Of a stretch of 64,000 nucleotides of DNA, positions 46,642 through 56,181 are shown one piece after another. The DNA comes from an uncultured Bdellovibrionales bacterium. Its GTDB lineage: Bacteria; Patescibacteriota; Minisyncoccia; Moranbacterales; UBA9337. Every line of letters starts with the position of its first letter. Within the stretch, counting starts at the first letter, position 1. A program made the translations under genes and the position numbers. The stretch is taken from positions 82,424 through 146,423 of the forward strand of contig CAZSCV010000001.1 of the NCBI GenBank assembly GCA_964605525.1, given 5' to 3'. The notes beneath the pieces are model-generated. The model saw nothing but the letters and a program-made list of their open reading frames with translations, was not told the DNA's origin and searched no databases.

Positions 46642-49365
46642 TTATATTTTTTCCAGATATTTTTCTAATTCAGAAATTTTTGTTTTTGCCTCAGCTAGTT
46701 TTTTTTGTTCTTGCTTGATGATTTCGGCGGGTGCTTTTTGAACAAAAGTCTTGTTGTTCAATTTGTTTTCCAGTCCGGAGATATATTTTTTCAAATTATC
46801 AATTTCTTTTTGGGTGTTTTCTTTCTCTTTTTTACTGTCAATAAGCCCTTCTAGCGGGATGTAGATATTGATTCCGGCAATAACGGTGTGCGCAGAGTTT
46901 TTAATCTCAGCTCCGTTTTTAGTTATCTTAATGGTGTCAATTCCGGTGCGCAGGCTTTTAATAATGTTCTCTTGAGAGCTAATCAGGGATTCATATTCTG
47001 GATTATTTTTAACATCAAAAATAATGCGGATTTTTTTCATTGGTTCAATTTTGTTTTCACTGCGAAGATTTCGAATAGAGATTATGATTTCTTTGATTAT
47101 GCTGAAGTGTATTTCATCCGCTTGAGAAGCGCTAGTAATCTCCCAATATTTTTCTTTGATTGGAAATTTTTCAATCATAAGCAATTTTTCTTTTCCTAAA
47201 ATACTCCAAATATTTTCCGTGACAAAAGGGGAGTAAGGGTGAAGAATTTTCAAAATATCTTCCAGAAGCATGTTTAAGATGATATTTTTTTCCGTTTTAT
47301 TGTCTTCAAATTTACTTACTTCGACATACCAATCGGCGAAATCATTCCAAACAAATTCTCTTATTTTTTCTATTGCTAAAGAAAAATTATAATTTTCTAT
47401 TTCATTTGTTATTTCTTCAATCAGATTCGACATTTTCTGCAATATCCAAAAGTCCGCCAATGTCAGCTTGTTTTTTTCTAACTGCAATTTTAAGTCGATT
47501 TGTTCCTTGTTCCTTGTTCCTTGCTTCTTGTCGATAATATAGCGGCTGATATTCCAAAGCTTGTTGATGAAATTTCGAGAGCTTTCCACTTTTTCTTCGT
47601 AGAATTTGCTGTCTTGCCCCGGGGTGATTCCTGATATCAAGCTCAGGCGAAGAGCGTCGGTTCCGTATTTTCGGGAAACATCCAGCGGATCGAGATTGTT
47701 TCCGGCGGATTTGGAAAATTTGTTTCCTTTTTCATCGCGAAGCATTCCGTGGATGTAGACATTCCTGAAGGGGATTTCATTCAGGTAATAAGTGCTCATC
47801 AAAATCATCCTTGCCATCCAGAAAAACAAAAGCTCCGAACCCATTTGCATCCAGCTGGTCGGGTGAAATATTTTTCTTTCGTCTTCAGTGAGGGTGGAGA
47901 ATGTCCAAAGACCGCTGGAGAACCAAGTGTCGAGCGTGTCCGGATCTTGTTTTACAGCGCCTCCGCAGAGGGGACATTTTTCCATTTTGGATCCGCTCAC
48001 AAAAGGTTTTTGACAATCCGGATTTTGGCAATACCAAACAGGAATCCTGTGTCCCCACCAAACTTGACGCGAGATGCACCAGTCGCGCAGGTTGTCGATC
48101 CAGTTGAAGTATATTTTTTCAAATCTTTCCGGCGTGATTCTTACTTTTTGATCCGGGTCATTGTTCAGTCCTGTCTCGACGGATTCTTTCATCAATTCCT
48201 TGAGAGTTTTTTCTTTTCCGGGAATTTTCTTGTTGACTGCGACGAACCATTGGGTCATGGGCAAAACTTCGACGATATCTCCGAATCTGTCTGAGGTGCT
48301 GACATTTTGCGTGATTTCTTCCTCTTTTTCCAGCAGGTTGTTTTGTTCGAGGTAGTGCGCGATTTCTTCGCGCGCGGTATCCGTGGAGATTCCGGCATAC
48401 TTTCCTGAATTTTTATTCATCAATCCGTCCTGTCCGATTACCTGGATGAGTTTTATTTCATTCCCTTGCGTTTTTTGTTTTTCCAGCATTTCAAAATCAA
48501 CCATCGAATGGGCGGGAGTAACTCCGACGGCTCCGGTTCCAAAATTTGCGTCAACCGAATCGTCGGCGATTACCTTGATTTTCAAATCGATTCCGCTTCC
48601 GGCAAAATCAGGAACTTCAAATGTTTGCCCGATATATTTTACGTACCTTTCGTCTTTCGGATTGACTGCGATGGCGGTGTCGCCCAGTTTTGTTTCCGGG
48701 CGGGTGGTAGCGATGGCGATCGGGAAGTCTTCGGAATATCTGAAAGTGTATAATTTTCCAATTCTTTCTTTGTATTCAAGTTCGTCGTCCGAGCAGGTGG
48801 ATTGTCCTTTGACCGACCAATTGACCACGCGGTGTCCGCGGTAAATCAGCTCGTCTTTGTACATTTTTTCAAAAACCTCATTGACGATTTTGCTTCGGGT
48901 TTCGTCGAAGGTATATGCCAGGCGCGACCAATCGCAACTGGTTCCCATTTTTCGGATTTGTTTCAGGATAGTGGATTTGGAGTTTTCGGCAAAAGAGCGG
49001 ATTTCTTCCAAAAGTTTTTCTCGGCCCAGTTCTTTTCGCGGGTCTTTGATGCCTTTTTCAATGAGAATTTTTTCCACTTTGGCTTGGGTGGCGACAGCGG
49101 CGTGATCGGTTCCGGGAAGTAGAAGCACTTTTTTCCCTTGCATTCTTTGGTAGCGTGCCATGATGTCCATCAAGGTATTTTCCATCGCGTGTCCCAAATG
49201 CAAAACGCCAGTCACGTTGGGAGGTGGCATCATAATTGAATAAGGCTCTCTGTTTTCAGGATTATCAACCCATGGTTGACCAACCTCTGGCTGGAAAAAA
49301 CCGGATTGCTCCCATTTTCGATATATTTCATCCTCAATTTCCTGAGGATTATATTGTTTTTCCAT
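46642..49365 (-). CDS. valS: valine--tRNA ligase
   Basis: PPNVTGVLHLGHAMEN (HIGH), KFSKSAGN (KMSKS), editing domain, C-terminal coiled coil; 907 aa. Confidence 0.95.
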   Translation of the reverse strand: MEKQYNPQEIEDEIYRKWEQSGFFQPEVGQPWVDNPENREPYSIMMPPPNVTGVLHLGHAMENTLMDIMARYQRMQGKKVLLLPGTDHAAVATQAKVEKILIEKGIKDPRKELGREKLLEEIRSFAENSKSTILKQIRKMGTSCDWSRLAYTFDETRSKIVNEVFEKMYKDELIYRGHRVVNWSVKGQSTCSDDELEYKERIGKLYTFRYSEDFPIAIATTRPETKLGDTAIAVNPKDERYVKYIGQTFEVPDFAGSGIDLKIKVIADDSVDANFGTGAVGVTPAHSMVDFEMLEKQKTQGNEIKLIQVIGQDGLMNKNSGKYAGISTDTAREEIAHYLEQNNLLEKEEEITQNVSTSDRFGDIVEVLPMTQWFVAVNKKIPGKEKTLKELMKESVETGLNNDPDQKVRITPERFEKIYFNWIDNLRDWCISRQVWWGHRIPVWYCQNPDCQKPFVSGSKMEKCPLCGGAVKQDPDTLDTWFSSGLWTFSTLTEDERKIFHPTSWMQMGSELLFFWMARMILMSTYYLNEIPFRNVYIHGMLRDEKGNKFSKSAGNNLDPLDVSRKYGTDALRLSLISGITPGQDSKFYEEKVESSRNFINKLWNISRYIIDKKQGTRNKEQIDLKLQLEKNKLTLADFWILQKMSNLIEEITNEIENYNFSLAIEKIREFVWNDFADWYVEVSKFEDNKTEKNIILNMLLEDILKILHPYSPFVTENIWSILGKEKLLMIEKFPIKEKYWEITSASQADEIHFSIIKEIIISIRNLRSENKIEPMKKIRIIFDVKNNPEYESLISSQENIIKSLRTGIDTIKITKNGAEIKNSAHTVIAGINIYIPLEGLIDSKKEKENTQKEIDNLKKYISGLENKLNNKTFVQKAPAEIIKQEQKKLAEAKTKISELEKYLEKI

Positions 49366-49464
49366 GGTTTTCTTTATGAACTGCGAATAATATTTTCAAT
49401 ATTGTTATATTAGCAGTAAATAAAGGAAAATTCAAGGTTTTTTATGATTGCAGTTTCAGGTAAA

Positions 49465-50196
49465 TTATTTTGTGTGTTTCCAGATGAATTTCAAGAGATT
49501 TTTTTGCAGTTGGGCGATGCCTGGGTTTTCGATGATGACAGCGACCAAATTGTCGAAAGAAATCATCGCCACATTGTCTCCCGCAATCAAAAGATCGACG
49601 GAAAATTCGAAATCTTTCGGTAAAAGCTTGGAAACGGTTGAATTTCCGCCCCATTTTTCTTTCACGTATTGGATGCCAAGTTTGGAATTCTTAACCAGAT
49701 CTCGAAGTTGTCCTCCGTTTTGATAAATATTGTCCACAAATTCCAAGCTGTCTTTTTCGGAAAAAACTTGAAAGTATCTATCGGCGGAAAACATGCTCCA
49801 TAAGGTTTTGGATGTTTTTGTCATTTCTCGGTAAACCGAACGCATTCCTTCTTTTCCTTCATAAAATCTAATTGTTGGCTTACTGGAATAGTGTTGGTAC
49901 ATTTTTTCCAATTCGGGAAAGACTTCTTTCATTTTCTTTTCCTTGCGCTCGATGATGTCGATCAATTTTTTCGGATCTTCGGGATAATAAAAAATTCGTT
50001 TGCCTTTTACGGTTTTACGGACGATATCTTTGGCGGATAAGTCATCAATGTATTGATAGATGGTGGCTCTTTTGATTCCGGAATTTTTGGCAATATCGGA
50101 AATGACGCTTTGTCCGAAGCGGAGGAGCGTCAAATATATCTTGGCTTCATTTTTATTGAGGCCGGCGAAGCTGATAATTTTTTCAATATTTTCCAT
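49465..50196 (-). CDS. TrmB-family transcriptional regulator (second paralog)
   Basis: LNKNEAKIYLTLLRFGQSVISDIAKNSGIKRATIYQYIDDL. Confidence 0.7.
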   Translation of the reverse strand: MENIEKIISFAGLNKNEAKIYLTLLRFGQSVISDIAKNSGIKRATIYQYIDDLSAKDIVRKTVKGKRIFYYPEDPKKLIDIIERKEKKMKEVFPELEKMYQHYSSKPTIRFYEGKEGMRSVYREMTKTSKTLWSMFSADRYFQVFSEKDSLEFVDNIYQNGGQLRDLVKNSKLGIQYVKEKWGGNSTVSKLLPKDFEFSVDLLIAGDNVAMISFDNLVAVIIENPGIAQLQKNLLKFIWKHTK

Positions 50197-50391
50197 AATT
50201 CTATCGTAGTATAATTCTTACAAAACGTCAACTTTTCCGACACTTTTTTCAAAAACAAGAAAATATTTGGCTAAAAATAGGTATTTTAGCGAAAATTTTT
50301 AGAAAATATTTTGTAAAATTGTTAATAACTGATATTTTTTAACAAACAAAAAATTGGAAATCGTACCAAAGTTCTTTGATTTTGAAGGAGG

Positions 50392-50931
50392 TTGGAAATG
50401 CAGAAGCGAGAGATTGTTTTTTTGCGACACGGGGAAGCAGAGGCAAGGAAAAAGGAAGGGGATGATTTAGGTCGCAAACTTACCGTAGCCGGTCGCGATA
50501 AAATTGCCTTTCTCGGAGAGTTTGATCTGGTTGTATCATCTCTTGCGGAGAGAGCAATTGAGACAGTGGTGATTGCTGCTGGCCGTCAGCCGGATGCAAG
50601 GATTGTTCCCTTGTCAACCCATCATTGGGATGGGGATTGGAAGGGGGTTGAGGCTGTTTTTATTAATCCGGGAAATATTTCCTTGAGAAATGCTTACCTT
50701 CAGGCTGATGAATGTCAGCGACAGGCAGGCTATGCCATATCGCGTGACGCCAAATTGGCGGTTTTTTCTGAAATCGCCAAAAAGGGATCGCCCATACAAC
50801 GCATTTTAATTTGCGGTCACACTCTGTTTTTGCAGGCATTGGCTATGGAGATGATCACAGATAGCGGGGATCAGGATCGGATTCTTGATATTGTTCTCGG
50901 CGAAGGAGAGTATTTCTCGATTATCGCATAG
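50392..50931 (+). CDS. histidine phosphatase family protein (PGAM/SixA-like)
   Basis: VFLRHGEAE RHG motif; 179 aa. Confidence 0.6.
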   Translation: MEMQKREIVFLRHGEAEARKKEGDDLGRKLTVAGRDKIAFLGEFDLVVSSLAERAIETVVIAAGRQPDARIVPLSTHHWDGDWKGVEAVFINPGNISLRNAYLQADECQRQAGYAISRDAKLAVFSEIAKKGSPIQRILICGHTLFLQALAMEMITDSGDQDRILDIVLGEGEYFSIIA

Positions 50932-50942
50932 TCGCTCAGTGA

Positions 50943-50983
50943 CGCTCAGATACCCAAATTCGGGTATCTGAGCGTCTTCTTTT
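50943..50983 (+). terminator. Rho-independent terminator (13-bp stem plus T-run)
   Basis: CGCTCAGATACCCaaattCGGGTATCTGAGCGtcttctttt. Confidence 0.7.
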
Positions 50984-51018
50984 AAGGTTCCTGATTTGAT
51001 TTTTTTAAGAATATTATT

Positions 51019-53034
51019 ATGTTTACATTGTCGTTAGAAAAACTTTCAATAAAAGATTCCTATGTTGCCGGGAATAAGGCTGCCGTTTTGGGTGAGATAG
51101 GAAAGCTGGGAATAAATATTCCAAGAGGATTTGTGCTTTTTTCGTGCGCTTTTGATACTTTTTTAAATTATCATTCATTAACATTTGAAATATTTTCAAT
51201 CATCAGTTCGATTGATTTTGAAAGTGAACAAGACTTGAATTCAAAATCGGATAAAATAAGGAAATTGATAATGCGCAAAAATATTCCGGAAAAAATAGAA
51301 AATGAAATAATTGAAAAATACAATAATTTGAAAATTAAAACACTGGCAGTGAGGGCATCTTCTCTGGTTGAGGATTCTTTGAAAAATTCATGGGCTGGTC
51401 AATTCAAGAGTATTCTTGGATCAGCAGAGAAGACTCTTATGCGGGACATTAAAAAAGTGTGGGCATCATCTTTCTCGTCGCATATTTTGAAGTATCGCCA
51501 TGACAATAATCTTGAAAAATCCCCCTTTTCTTTGGCGGTAATAATTCAAGAGTTGCTGCATAGTGAGGTTTCCGGAGTAAGTTTTTCAATTGATCCTTTT
51601 TCGAATAATACCGAGGTGGTTCTGACGGAAGCCATAATCGGTCAAGGGGAGTCATTGGCATATGGAAAAATTATTCCCAATAAGTATATCGTTGAAAAGG
51701 AAAATGGCAAGCTGGTTGATTTTTATGCCGGAAGGCCAAACAAGATAAGTTCGTTGATGAAAAAGCAGGGTACGTTATTTGAATCGGAACAGATCCAGGA
51801 CATCCATCGGTTGTTGTCCCAAAAAGAAATCGAAACTCTTTCCCGATATGTAATTAAATTGGAAAATTTATTTAATTTCCCGGTTGACGTCGAGTGGTTG
51901 AAAACAGAAAAAGGGGAATTTTACGTAGTTCAAGCCAGATTCGTTACGACTGCAAATAGGATTAAGGATAAAACAAGTAAAAATTTCAATTCGCATATAA
52001 AGAAAGGTTCAAAATCTCTTTTGGCGCTTTCCGTTATGGATGTTTGGTATTACGGAGAGTATTTTTCCAGGGACAAGTTGGGTGGCGTTTTTATTGATCC
52101 GCTTTTTGTTTATCATCCAAAAAAAGGATTCGATATCTATTACCATAAGAAAAGCATCAAAAGCAATCCAATCGAACTTGTTGAATATTATCAAACAAAT
52201 TGGAATTTCGGATTACGCAAGGAAATCGACAAGTTTTTATGTACCTGTGACGAATTGAATAAATATCTGGAAAATTTTGAAGAAAAAAATATTTCAAAAA
52301 TCCTGGATATGTTACTCGTTATTTGGCCGGAAATAACCAATATAACCACCATTCTTGCCGCTGTTTCCAGGGGAGCGTGCATTGATCCTGAAATTAAAAA
52401 AATACTTGAAGAGGGCAGGATGAAAAGTGAAAAAATACCACACAATGCGTTTAAATTAATTTTCGAAGAGGCGGAGCGGTATTTGGATTCAAAAAATATC
52501 AGTAAGTTGCCATATCTTTCCGATTTTCTTACGCTTGAGGAAATTAGAAGCAAGAAATACAAAAAAGAATATCCGGCTATTTTGAAACAAATTGAGCATT
52601 ATGGGTCGTTTGCTTATTATTGCGGAAACGTTTATTTCGGAGAACAAATGAAACAATTGGTTCGGGAAAAAATAAAAAATAATTCCACTTCAAATCACGG
52701 CTCTGTTTTTAAAGATAATGTTTTTTTGGGAACATCCGTGTATCCGGGCAATGTTTCGGGAAAAGTGAGAAAGATTTTCAATTATTACGATATCTCAAAA
52801 ATTGAAGAAGGGGATGTCATTGTGGCTCTGGATATTTCTCCTGAATACTCAAAAATAATCAAAAAAGTCGCGGGCATAATTACGGAAGAAGGAAGTGAAT
52901 TATCCCACACTGCTATTTTAGCTCGAGAAAATAAAAAACCTTGCATAATTGGAGTGCAAGGAATAATGAAGGGACTAATCGACGGACAAAGAATTGAAAT
53001 GGACGGAAAAAAAGGATCGATAAAAATTATATAA
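51019..53034 (+). CDS. PEP-utilizing enzyme family protein (PPDK_N ATP-grasp plus mobile His domain; no C-terminal TIM barrel)
   Basis: N-terminal pyruvate-phosphate-dikinase-like nucleotide-binding region; C-terminal GIITEEGSELSHTAILARENKKPCIIG swivel-His motif. Confidence 0.65.
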   Translation: MFTLSLEKLSIKDSYVAGNKAAVLGEIGKLGINIPRGFVLFSCAFDTFLNYHSLTFEIFSIISSIDFESEQDLNSKSDKIRKLIMRKNIPEKIENEIIEKYNNLKIKTLAVRASSLVEDSLKNSWAGQFKSILGSAEKTLMRDIKKVWASSFSSHILKYRHDNNLEKSPFSLAVIIQELLHSEVSGVSFSIDPFSNNTEVVLTEAIIGQGESLAYGKIIPNKYIVEKENGKLVDFYAGRPNKISSLMKKQGTLFESEQIQDIHRLLSQKEIETLSRYVIKLENLFNFPVDVEWLKTEKGEFYVVQARFVTTANRIKDKTSKNFNSHIKKGSKSLLALSVMDVWYYGEYFSRDKLGGVFIDPLFVYHPKKGFDIYYHKKSIKSNPIELVEYYQTNWNFGLRKEIDKFLCTCDELNKYLENFEEKNISKILDMLLVIWPEITNITTILAAVSRGACIDPEIKKILEEGRMKSEKIPHNAFKLIFEEAERYLDSKNISKLPYLSDFLTLEEIRSKKYKKEYPAILKQIEHYGSFAYYCGNVYFGEQMKQLVREKIKNNSTSNHGSVFKDNVFLGTSVYPGNVSGKVRKIFNYYDISKIEEGDVIVALDISPEYSKIIKKVAGIITEEGSELSHTAILARENKKPCIIGVQGIMKGLIDGQRIEMDGKKGSIKII

Positions 53035-53036
53035 AT

Positions 53037-54233
53037 TTATCCCAGTTTCAAATTCGCGTTGGCTTCCAGGGTTTTCCAGTTTTGCAGGGCATCGCTTTTT
53101 TCTTTGCTGGTCATTTTTTGCCAGCGGAAAGCGGCGGCGCTGGCGATCATAGCGGCGTTGTCGCCGGTCAAAGCGATATCCGGCAAGCAATAATCAGTGT
53201 GCGGTAAATTTTTTTTAATCGCTTCGCCTAGCTGTTCGCGAAGCTCCTTGTTGGCACTCACACCGCCGGCGAGCATTATGGTTTTGGGTTGGAATTTTTC
53301 GGCGGCCCTCGCGGTTTTGTGGACAAGGACATCAATGGCGGCTTGCTGGAATTCGTGGGCGATTTCAGCTTTTAGTTTTTCTAGCTCGCTTGTTTCTATC
53401 TTTTTGACTTGATATAAAACCGCGGTTTTAAGCCCGGAAAAGGAAAAATTAAAATCTTTGGAATGCATCATTGGGCGGGGAAGATGGATGGAATTTTGAA
53501 TTTTGAATTTTGATTGCCAGCCCAGGGCTGGTCTCGCGCCTGAGGCGGACACGGCGCCTTGGGCGGAGAAATTTGCAGCAGCAGCTGCAATAGCTGGTCC
53601 TCCTGGGTACCCCAAATCCAAAATTCTCGCCACTTTGTCAAAAGCTTCTCCAGCGGCATCATCCAATGTTTGTCCGACGATTTCATACTGCAAATGATCT
53701 TTCATCAAAATCAATTGAGTGTGTCCCCCGGAAACGACTAAGCATAAAATGGGGAATTGTATTTTTGAATTTGAAAATTGTTTGGAAATTGCCAGCCCAA
53801 GGCTGGTCCGCCTTGGGCGGAGAAGTTGGTCATTGGTCATTGAGCTAATTTTATTTTCCGAAATAAAATTTGCGTAGATGTGTCCTTCAATATGATGGAT
53901 TCCAAGAAGCGGCTTTTTCCATTTGTATGCCAGAGTTTTGGCGGTGTTGGTTCCGACAAGTAATGCGGGAATAAGTCCGGGTCCGGCGGTAACAGCAATC
54001 AAATCAATTTTTTCGGGAGTAATTTTGGCAGTTTGCAAAGCCTCAGCAAGGACGGGAATTATATTTTTCAAATGTTCGCGCGCGGCAAGATTTGGTACGA
54101 CGCCTCCCCATTTGGCATGAAGTTTTACTTGGGAGGAAACAATGTTAGCAAGTATATTCAAATTACTGCCGTCAGATTTGAGGATAGCCACGGCAGTTTC
54201 ATCGCAAGATGTTTCAATTGATAAAATATTCAT
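53037..54233 (-). CDS. tsaD: tRNA N6-adenosine threonylcarbamoyltransferase TsaD, with two in-frame repeat-element insertions
   Basis: MNILSIETSCDETAVAI, HHIEGH, VSGGHTQL, GYPGGP, C-terminal GGVSAN…DNAAMIA; 398 aa against ~340 typical. Confidence 0.85.
   Translation of the reverse strand: MNILSIETSCDETAVAILKSDGSNLNILANIVSSQVKLHAKWGGVVPNLAAREHLKNIIPVLAEALQTAKITPEKIDLIAVTAGPGLIPALLVGTNTAKTLAYKWKKPLLGIHHIEGHIYANFISENKISSMTNDQLLRPRRTSLGLAISKQFSNSKIQFPILCLVVSGGHTQLILMKDHLQYEIVGQTLDDAAGEAFDKVARILDLGYPGGPAIAAAAANFSAQGAVSASGARPALGWQSKFKIQNSIHLPRPMMHSKDFNFSFSGLKTAVLYQVKKIETSELEKLKAEIAHEFQQAAIDVLVHKTARAAEKFQPKTIMLAGGVSANKELREQLGEAIKKNLPHTDYCLPDIALTGDNAAMIASAAAFRWQKMTSKEKSDALQNWKTLEANANLKLG
53490..53575. 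repeat. paired-hairpin mini-element inserted in-frame in tsaD (copy D)
   Basis: ttgaattttgattGCCAGCCcagGGCTGGtctcgCGCCtgagGCGGacacGGCGCCttgGGCGGAgaaattt; encodes FSAQGAVSASGARPALGWQSKFKIQN, absent from E. coli TsaD. Confidence 0.75.
53765..53840. repeat. paired-hairpin mini-element inserted in-frame in tsaD (copy E)
   Basis: tttgaatttgaaaattgtttggaaattGCCAGCCcaaGGCTGGTCCGCCttgGGCGGAgaagttgg; encodes ~SSMTNDQLLRPRRTSLGLAISKQFSNSKIQ between the HHxEGH and VSGGHTQL motifs. Confidence 0.75.
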
Positions 54234-54242
54234 ATAATCATT

Positions 54243-54266
54243 TTAGCATAAAACCGCCAGAAGGCG
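54243..54266. terminator. terminator hairpin AACCGCCagaaGGCGGTT plus T-run, terminating the minus-strand tRNA-Glu unit
   Basis: aaAACCGCCagaaGGCGGTTtgtttt. Confidence 0.6.
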
Positions 54267-54276
54267 GTTTGTTTTG

Positions 54277-54330
54277 TAGCGCTACGGAGAATCCCAGCTC
54301 AAAGCTGGTGCGCCCTGGGCGCAGAACTCC
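54277..54330 (-). repeat. duplicated tRNA-Glu 3' half with paired-hairpin insert in the T-loop
   Basis: Minus strand: CGGGAGTTC[TGCGCCCAGGGCGCACCAGCTTTGAGCTGG]GATTCTCCGTAGCGCTACAAAA. Confidence 0.6.
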
Positions 54331-54349
54331 CGTTGCTGTTGTATTTTTG

Positions 54350-54421
54350 TAGCGCTACGGAGAATCGAACTCCGGTTACCAGGATGAAAACCTGGTGTCC
54401 TAACCACTAGACGATAGCGCC
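54350..54421 (-). tRNA. tRNA-Glu (anticodon TTC)
   Basis: D-arm TCGTCTAGTGGTTAGGACA; anticodon stem CCAGG/CCTGG, loop TTTTCAT; T-arm CGGAGTTCGATTCTCCG. Confidence 0.8.
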
Positions 54422-54480
54422 TTGCATATTATGTTTATATCATCAAAAACCTAATTTTTAATAATATTTTTCTTATTTGA

Positions 54481-54574
54481 TAATCTCTCCTTTGAGCATC
54501 GAGGATGCCACTCTGGTGGGTGGTCACCCGTTAGGGTGAAAAACCTGGTGTCCTAACCACTAGACGATAGCGCC
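54481..54574 (-). pseudogene. partial tRNA-Glu copy (5' half, identical up to anticodon-loop position 37) fused to a paired-hairpin element
   Basis: Minus strand: GGCGCTATCGTCTAGTGGTTAGGACACCAGGTTTTCA then CCCTAACGGGTGACCACCCACCAGAGTGG…; no matching 3' half follows. Confidence 0.5.
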
Positions 54575-54668
54575 AAATTTGAAATTTAACTTTATCCAGC
54601 ATAACACAGATAAAAAATAAATCAAGGGTTGGTGGCAGATTTTTTATTTTGGGTGTAAAATTAGAATT

Positions 54669-55280
54669 ATGGAACAAACAGGACAACAAATTTTTCAATT
54701 TTTGGTGCATTACGGATATTGGGTAATGTTACCGCTTATGATTATTGAAGGACCGATAGCGACTATTTTTGCGGCGACTTTGGCGGCACTCGGCGCTTTT
54801 AATGTTTGGATTGTGCTCGTTTTTTCGATAGCCGGAGATACAATCGGAGATGTTTTGCTTTACGGAGCTGGATACAAATGGGGAATGGGATTTGTGCGTA
54901 ATTTTGGAAAATATATTGGTATCACAGAAAAACTGGTTCTCAAGATGGAAAAATATTTTGCCAGTCATGGCGGAAAAACTATTTTCGCAGTCAAGTCGAC
55001 CACGGGTCTTTGTTGGGCGACTTTCACGGCGGCGGGAATCGTGAAAATGGATTTTCGAAAGTTTTTGAAATATTCTATTTTAGGCGGGGTGGTATGGAGC
55101 GGATTTTTGGTGGCGATGGGATATTTCTACGGCTATCTGTGGAGGGAAATCAGTCAATATATCGATTGGATCGGCTGGGCGATCGGAGGAGTGGCAGTAG
55201 TTTCATTTTTCGGCATAACTTTGTACAAAAAATACGAATCCAAAAAACTTTTTAAGAATAATAACGGAAATAATATATAA
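54669..55280 (+). CDS. DedA/TVP38 family membrane protein
   Basis: Multi-TM with G-rich reentrant region GDTIGDVLLYGAGY…. Confidence 0.65.
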   Translation: MEQTGQQIFQFLVHYGYWVMLPLMIIEGPIATIFAATLAALGAFNVWIVLVFSIAGDTIGDVLLYGAGYKWGMGFVRNFGKYIGITEKLVLKMEKYFASHGGKTIFAVKSTTGLCWATFTAAGIVKMDFRKFLKYSILGGVVWSGFLVAMGYFYGYLWREISQYIDWIGWAIGGVAVVSFFGITLYKKYESKKLFKNNNGNNI

Positions 55281-55341
55281 CAAAAGGCGAGGATAAAAAC
55301 CTTTCTTTTTTCTTGTCCAAAATTGAAAAATGGCATAAGAT

Positions 55342-56181
55342 TTGAGTATGATTGAGAATGCGAAAAAAATATTTGGTAAAGTTAAGGGCGCGGCGTTTGC
55401 CGACCCTTATGTTTTATATAAAAAAGAAAAACATCTGTTGAATCAGCCATTTTTTTTTCAAGGAAACAACGATAAGTCAATACTTTTGACTCATGGATGG
55501 ACGACCACGCCGTATGAGTTGCGTCGGCTGGGAACATATTTGAATAAAAACGGATATACGGTTTATGCGCCGATGCTTTCCGGACATGGAACAACTTCAA
55601 ATGATTTGGAAGATGTGAGGTGGATGGACTGGGTTTATGATGTTGAAATAGCTTATGAAAAACTTGCCAAAGAAAATGAAAAAGTTTTTGTAGTGGGAAC
55701 TTCGATTGGGGCGAGCTTGGCTTTGATTTTAGCAAAAAAACATCCGGAATTGTCTGGTATTGTTTTGATGGCGACTCCGTATAAATTGCGTTTGGAAAAA
55801 ATAGTGGAATTTTTCATAACAATCGAAAGTAAATTTAGAAAATATCGAAAAAAGTTTTATCCGCCAACTTTTGGAAAAAGAGAAACGATTACGCGCTTAA
55901 TTTCCTATCAAACCTATCCGATTAAGAATGTCCTGGAGGCAGCGGAGGTTGTGCGGGAGGCGAGAAGAAATTTGAATTTGGTGAAGCAACCATGCTTATT
56001 GATGCAATCGACCAGTGATCATATTGTTTGTCGCAAAAGTATGGAAAAAATTTACATTCAAATCAGTTCAAAGATAAAAGATATGAAATATATCAAAAGA
56101 GCTTATCATACTTTTATTTCCGATATCAAAAATGAATATGTTTTTGACGATATTTTGGATTTTTTAAACCGATGCGCATAG
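55342..56181 (+). CDS. alpha/beta-hydrolase (esterase/lipase-like)
   Basis: HGWTTTP…MLSGHGT, nucleophile elbow GTSIGAS. Confidence 0.7.
   Translation: MSMIENAKKIFGKVKGAAFADPYVLYKKEKHLLNQPFFFQGNNDKSILLTHGWTTTPYELRRLGTYLNKNGYTVYAPMLSGHGTTSNDLEDVRWMDWVYDVEIAYEKLAKENEKVFVVGTSIGASLALILAKKHPELSGIVLMATPYKLRLEKIVEFFITIESKFRKYRKKFYPPTFGKRETITRLISYQTYPIKNVLEAAEVVREARRNLNLVKQPCLLMQSTSDHIVCRKSMEKIYIQISSKIKDMKYIKRAYHTFISDIKNEYVFDDILDFLNRCA

Noticed and set aside
46888-49122. Numerous + strand ORFs within valS
   Set aside because: Antisense to a conserved aaRS gene with no start-site signals.
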